Shown here piece by piece: positions 59,704 through 64,000 of a DNA stretch of 64,000 nucleotides. Origin of the DNA: Candidatus Poribacteria bacterium. GTDB taxonomy: Bacteria; Poribacteria; WGA-4E; PCPOR2b. The notes under the pieces were generated by a model. It saw only the letters and a list, made by a program, of their open reading frames with translations. It had not been told where the DNA came from and searched no databases. The position numbers and the translations under genes were made by a program. The DNA is taken from contig OZ242351.1 in the NCBI GenBank assembly GCA_965208675.1, positions 3,968,001-4,032,000 on the forward strand, read 5' to 3'. How positions within the stretch are numbered: the first letter of the stretch is position 1; each line of letters begins with the position of its first letter.

Positions 59704-59715
59704 AAAAATGCATCC

Positions 59716-59799
59716 GCCGGAGTGGTGAAATCGGTATACGCACTGGACTCAAAATCCAGCGAGCCTCGGCTCATGTCGGTTCGAGTCCGACCTCCGGCA
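59716..59799 (+). tRNA. tRNA-Leu(CAA), 3' CCA not encoded
   Basis: Acceptor GCCGGAG/CTCCGGC+A, anticodon arm CTGGA-CTCAAAA-TCCAG, long variable arm, GTCGG-TTCGAGT-CCGAC. Confidence 0.96.
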
Positions 59800-59825
59800 T
59801 CGTTGACAACACGGCTGCAAAATTC

Positions 59826-59858
59826 GCCATATAGCAAATAATGCTATATGGCTTTTTT
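59826..59858 (+). terminator. Rho-independent terminator
   Basis: GCCATATAGCA-aataa-TGCTATATGGC followed by a T-tract. Confidence 0.85.
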
Positions 59859-59877
59859 GTTGAACCGAATTACATGA

Positions 59878-60429
59878 TTACGTTTTAATGCTTAGTTCCC
59901 GAAGGGCGCCGTCATAACAATCATAGGTGTCATCATCAAACAAAACAAAGCGGACCTCTTCAACACCTTCGTGCTCCTCAACGAATGCCTTTATCGCCTT
60001 GAGTGCGGTAATTGCCGCTCTTTCAATCGGATACCCGAAAGTCCCCGTGCCAATCGAAGGGAAGGCAATCGTCTTGATGTGAAAATTTAAGGCTGAAGTT
60101 AAACTCGCCCGGTAGCAACTTGCCAGCGTTTCAGGTTCACCCGAATTCCCGCCGCGCCACTCGGGTCCAACGGTATGAATGACATACTTCGCCGGCAAAT
60201 TTCCCCCCGTTGTGATGACTGCTTGTCCGGGCGGGCAACCTCCCCGGTAAGCGCGAATATCGTTGCATTCCTCCAAAATCGCCTGTCCGCCCGCGCGTCG
60301 AATTGCGCCATCCAAACCGCCGCCTCCTAACAAGCTAGCGTTGGCGGGGTTGACGATAGCATCAACATCCTGGGTGGTGATATCACCCTGAACCGCTGTA
60401 AGAAGTGTTCGGTTGATTTTCGTTTCCAT
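59878..60429 (-). CDS. Macro-domain O-acetyl-ADP-ribose deacetylase (YmdB-like)
   Basis: GDIT..VDAIVNPAN..LLGGGGLDGAI, HTVGP, FPSIGTGTFGYP. Confidence 0.92.
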   Translation of the reverse strand: METKINRTLLTAVQGDITTQDVDAIVNPANASLLGGGGLDGAIRRAGGQAILEECNDIRAYRGGCPPGQAVITTGGNLPAKYVIHTVGPEWRGGNSGEPETLASCYRASLTSALNFHIKTIAFPSIGTGTFGYPIERAAITALKAIKAFVEEHEGVEEVRFVLFDDDTYDCYDGALRELSIKT

Positions 60430-60510
60430 CGTTCATTCTCTTCCTTTGGGTTAGCATAGGTCTCGGTCTGCGTGTATTGCGTATATTTTGAACCGCTTGT
60501 CATTGCCATG

Positions 60511-61590
60511 TTATATGAACGGTAGCAGCACCACCGTAGCCTTCACGCGGCCGCCCGGGGTTTCGACATCCACGTCACTGCCGGCATCCGTTAAAGCAGT
60601 CCGCACATACCCCATACCGACGGTTTCTCCGAGCGTTGGGGAGGTAACCGCACTCGTTATCCAACCGACCTCCTTTTCACCGTTGAAAATGCGGCTGCCC
60701 TGTGCCGGTGGGGTGTCGTGGTCAATCTTGAATCCTCGCAACAGCCGATTCGGGTGGCCGCGATAGTGCATGCGCGCAACAATCTCCTGACCAATATAGC
60801 ACCCTTTTTCAAAATCGAGAGCATCGTTAAGCTCCGCTTCTAAAGGTATGATTGCATCGGTCAATTCCGATCCGTATCGGGGGATGCCCGCTTCAATTCG
60901 CAGTGAGTTCAGGGCGGTCAGTCCCACCGGGTAAGCGCCAAACTCACGCCCTTTGGTCAGGGCAGCATCCCATAGCCATTCCATGGATGCAGATGCTGCG
61001 TAAAGGTTATACCCTATTTCGCCGGTTTCGTTTTGCCGGATACACACCATCCATCTGTCTTCCACGCGATGAGCGGCGGTATGATGTTCATGAAGTTCAT
61101 CAACATTTAGTCCATAGGCGTTTCGGAGCAAATCCGCCGATTTTGGGCCGTGTATCCCAATCATGCCCGTCCTAGCTGTGACATCCTCTATAACGACATC
61201 GTCCGCGATAAGATACTTGTCTAATTCTTGAGCGAGAATCTGCGTCGTGTCAGCGTTAGTCTCAATGGTGATAGCCTCCTCCACAACATACACGCTCATG
61301 TCCGCTATGAGTTTCCCGCGGTTAGTCAAGATTGTTGCGTAGTTTCCTTCCCCGACATTAAGCCCTTCAACATCATTGGATATAATCCGATGCAAATATT
61401 TCGCGCGATCTGCCCCCGTCAAGCGAATCCTGCCGCGATGCGAGAAATCCATTATGCCAACCCCGGTTCTAACTGCACGGTGCTCTTCCAGCGGATCGGC
61501 GTAATAGTCAACCAATTCCCAGCCTTCATGAATCTCTTTGAACGCCGCCCCGTGAGCGCGATGAGTTTCATACAGAGGCGTTGTTTTCAT
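60511..61590 (-). CDS. ygfZ: YgfZ/GcvT-family folate-binding protein
   Basis: KGCYIGQE motif, MKTTPL start, RIEAG; promoter TTGATT-17-TATAAT at 61689-61661 supports start 61590. Confidence 0.85.
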   Translation of the reverse strand: MKTTPLYETHRAHGAAFKEIHEGWELVDYYADPLEEHRAVRTGVGIMDFSHRGRIRLTGADRAKYLHRIISNDVEGLNVGEGNYATILTNRGKLIADMSVYVVEEAITIETNADTTQILAQELDKYLIADDVVIEDVTARTGMIGIHGPKSADLLRNAYGLNVDELHEHHTAAHRVEDRWMVCIRQNETGEIGYNLYAASASMEWLWDAALTKGREFGAYPVGLTALNSLRIEAGIPRYGSELTDAIIPLEAELNDALDFEKGCYIGQEIVARMHYRGHPNRLLRGFKIDHDTPPAQGSRIFNGEKEVGWITSAVTSPTLGETVGMGYVRTALTDAGSDVDVETPGGRVKATVVLLPFI

Positions 61591-61973
61591 CCCTTGAAGT
61601 TCCCCGCTGTTCAGTCGGTGGTAATTTTCACAAGTGCTTCTTATACTGGTACGAATCCTCATTATAGCGCACCGTGAATTGAAAATCAAGTCGGCGGCAG
61701 AACTTTTCTGTTTTCTCCATCAATCGTAACCATAAATCGCTGGCTCTTTGAATGTAGAAGCGGTCTCCGAATCGCGGCTTCTTCGCTCAACCAATATTCA
61801 AACCGAAATCCACAGATTTCTCTGCCGCAAACTCAGTTTTGAAAACGTGTTTACGTCATAGTAAACCGATTCCGTGCGAGTATCGGAAAAAATGTTGACC
61901 AACGGATAGCAGATATACTACCATTTAACGGGATTTTTGCGGACTAATGGAATTCGTCTAGGCAAGTTTAGAA

Positions 61974-63917
61974 GTGGGGGTAAAACGATTGAAAATTTTT
62001 GTGCCGGGGCGTATTTGTCTATTTGGAGAGCACAGCGATTGGGCAGGCGGTTATCGCCGCACCAATGCCAGTTTGGAAAGAGGTTACACAATAATCACGG
62101 GCACTAGTCAAGGACTGTACGCCGAAGTTAAGCCGCACCCAACCAAGCTGATTCTTTCAACCTCGTTGAGCGATGGAACGAGCGAAGGCCCCTTTGAGTT
62201 GGCTATGGAGCGTGGGGCACTTCGAGAAGAGGCGGAAAAAGGCGGTTTTTTCAGTTATGCTGCCGGCGTCGCTTATCAGGTTCTTACGCACTACCGCGTG
62301 CGAGGCCTCGAAATCAATAACTATCATACAGATCTGCCGGTGAAGAAAGGGCTTTCGTCCAGCGCTGCAGCCTGCGTGCTAGTCGCCCGCGCCTTCAACC
62401 GTATTTATGATTTAAAAATGACGGTTCGCGGCGAAATGGAGTGCGCTTACCTCGGCGAGATTACGACGCCTTCCCGCTGCGGTCGCATGGATCAAGGATG
62501 TGCTTACGGGAATCGCCCAATCATGATGACCTTCGACGGCGATCAGATTGATGTCCAGCCCCTTAGTATTTCGAACGATTTGTTCTTTGTAATCGTAGAC
62601 CTCGGCGCCAGTAAAGACACAAAAGAAATTTTGAACAGACTAAATCACTGTTATCCTTTTGCTGAAGGCGAACTCCAAAAGAATGTCCAGAAATATTTAG
62701 GGCGAATTAACGCCCAAATAACCCGCGAAGCGTCTGATGCCCTGCGTAAAGGCGATGCGCCGCGAATCGGCAGCCTCATGAACAGAGCGCAGGCGGAATT
62801 CGACAAACATCTTCAGCCCGCATGTCCGTCGCAATTAACCGCTCCCGTCCTACACAAAGTGCTGAATTACGAACCCATACAGCCGTATATTTTTGGTGGG
62901 AAAGGCGTAGGCTCGCAAGGTGATGGATCTGCACAGTTTATTGTCAAAGATGAAGCTTGCCAGCGGAAGGTCATGGATATCCTTGAACGCGATTTTCAGA
63001 TGTCATGTTTGAAGTTGACAATTCAGTCGGGGTGGAGGGTAAAAAAGGCAGTCATCCCCGCGGCAGGTTTTGGCACCCGTCTATTCCCCGCCTCAAAAGC
63101 CGTTAAGAAGGAGCTTTTTCCTATCATCGATCGACAGGGGCGAGCCAAGCCCGTGATAATGACAATTATTGAGGAAGCAATCAGCGCCGGAATTGAAGAG
63201 GTCTGCTTGATTGTGCAAGACGGTGACCGCAGGCTGTTCGAAGAGTTCTTCACCGCACCGCCGCGGGTGGAAAACTTCAATAAACTGTCGCGGGCGGATC
63301 AGAAGTATTGCCAGTATCTCCTCGATCTAGGACACCGCATTACACTGGTGACCCAAGATGTTCAGGAAGGGTTTGGGCATGCCGTATTTTGTGCACGGGA
63401 ATGGGTTGGGAATGAACCCTTTCTACTCATGCTGGGGGATCACTTGTACACGTCAGATAGTGAGACCCCGTGCGCGCGGCAACTTTTGGACGTATACGAT
63501 CGCGCAGGGCACAGCGTGGTTGGATTGAAAACTACACCGGCATCAGAAATCCACAAGTTCGGTTGCGTAAATGGAATTTGGCAAGAGCACAGTTCTCTGC
63601 TTTCAGTGACGGCGTTCCACGAAAAGCCTGATATCGATTATGCTCGTGAACATCTGCATGTGGAAGGCCTGGAAGCCAATCAATTTCTAACCCTATTCGG
63701 ACAGTATGTTATCACACCAAATATCTTCCACTATTTGGAAGAACATATCACGCATAACGTACGCGAGCGGGGAGAATTCCAGTTGACGTCATGTCTCGAC
63801 AAGTTGCGCCAAGAGGAGGGATTTTCGGGTTATCTTGTCAAAGGCAAGTGTTTTGACATCGGCGTCCCGGAGGCATACCGAAAATCAATGATCGCCCTGC
63901 AGGCGGCTTATCAATAA
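61974..63917 (+). CDS. GHMP sugar kinase fused to a GalU-like nucleotidyltransferase
   Basis: PGRICLFGEHSDW, PVKKGLSSSAA, CGRMDQ; then KAVIPAAGFGTRLFPASK, GFGHAV, GEFQLT. Confidence 0.88.
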   Translation: MGVKRLKIFVPGRICLFGEHSDWAGGYRRTNASLERGYTIITGTSQGLYAEVKPHPTKLILSTSLSDGTSEGPFELAMERGALREEAEKGGFFSYAAGVAYQVLTHYRVRGLEINNYHTDLPVKKGLSSSAAACVLVARAFNRIYDLKMTVRGEMECAYLGEITTPSRCGRMDQGCAYGNRPIMMTFDGDQIDVQPLSISNDLFFVIVDLGASKDTKEILNRLNHCYPFAEGELQKNVQKYLGRINAQITREASDALRKGDAPRIGSLMNRAQAEFDKHLQPACPSQLTAPVLHKVLNYEPIQPYIFGGKGVGSQGDGSAQFIVKDEACQRKVMDILERDFQMSCLKLTIQSGWRVKKAVIPAAGFGTRLFPASKAVKKELFPIIDRQGRAKPVIMTIIEEAISAGIEEVCLIVQDGDRRLFEEFFTAPPRVENFNKLSRADQKYCQYLLDLGHRITLVTQDVQEGFGHAVFCAREWVGNEPFLLMLGDHLYTSDSETPCARQLLDVYDRAGHSVVGLKTTPASEIHKFGCVNGIWQEHSSLLSVTAFHEKPDIDYAREHLHVEGLEANQFLTLFGQYVITPNIFHYLEEHITHNVRERGEFQLTSCLDKLRQEEGFSGYLVKGKCFDIGVPEAYRKSMIALQAAYQ

Positions 63918-64000
63918 CCCTCGTAAGTGGATTGACAACGTTCAACCTCCCCATTCTCACCATATTCTCATCCCAAAGATGAGTGACCTTCTCCCTCCAG

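Noticed and set aside
59716-59860. tRNA-Leu as an island integration site
   Set aside because: No integrase and no duplicated tRNA 3' end seen in the window.

Overview
Gene-dense bacterial chromosomal window (about 50% GC, diderm). Its content strongly suggests Candidatus Poribacteria; this is an inference from the LamG and WD40/FlgD-type secreted proteins with an 'AVxxxGKxATTWGxLK' C-terminal motif and from the phytanoyl-CoA dioxygenase. Housekeeping genes: PMM/PGM (partial), fabV, rph-rdgB, alr, purF/purM, bioA, glpD-like, dapB, mnmG-rsmG, tRNA-Leu(CAA), ygfZ and a macro-domain gene. These are interleaved with secreted-protein families, two TonB-dependent receptors, an Rsb-type partner-switching cascade and toxin-antitoxin modules. 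The most unusual region is 33.9-40.9 kb. It holds six copies of a GTAG-REP-derived inverted-repeat element whose hairpin loops carry similar-length (about 70 nt) but unrelated inserts. The copies delimit every gene or gene group, cassette-like, including three paralogous secreted beta-sandwich proteins with hypervariable patches and a gene-conversion tract. Other oddities: a tandem LamG triplication with a conserved leader hairpin, a ferredoxin-membrane-HSP20-like fusion, an orphan truncated FliG, a degenerate AccD-like protein, a GHMP kinase-GalU fusion, and three antitoxins whose toxins have decayed. All product calls come from motif recognition by eye, with no database search.
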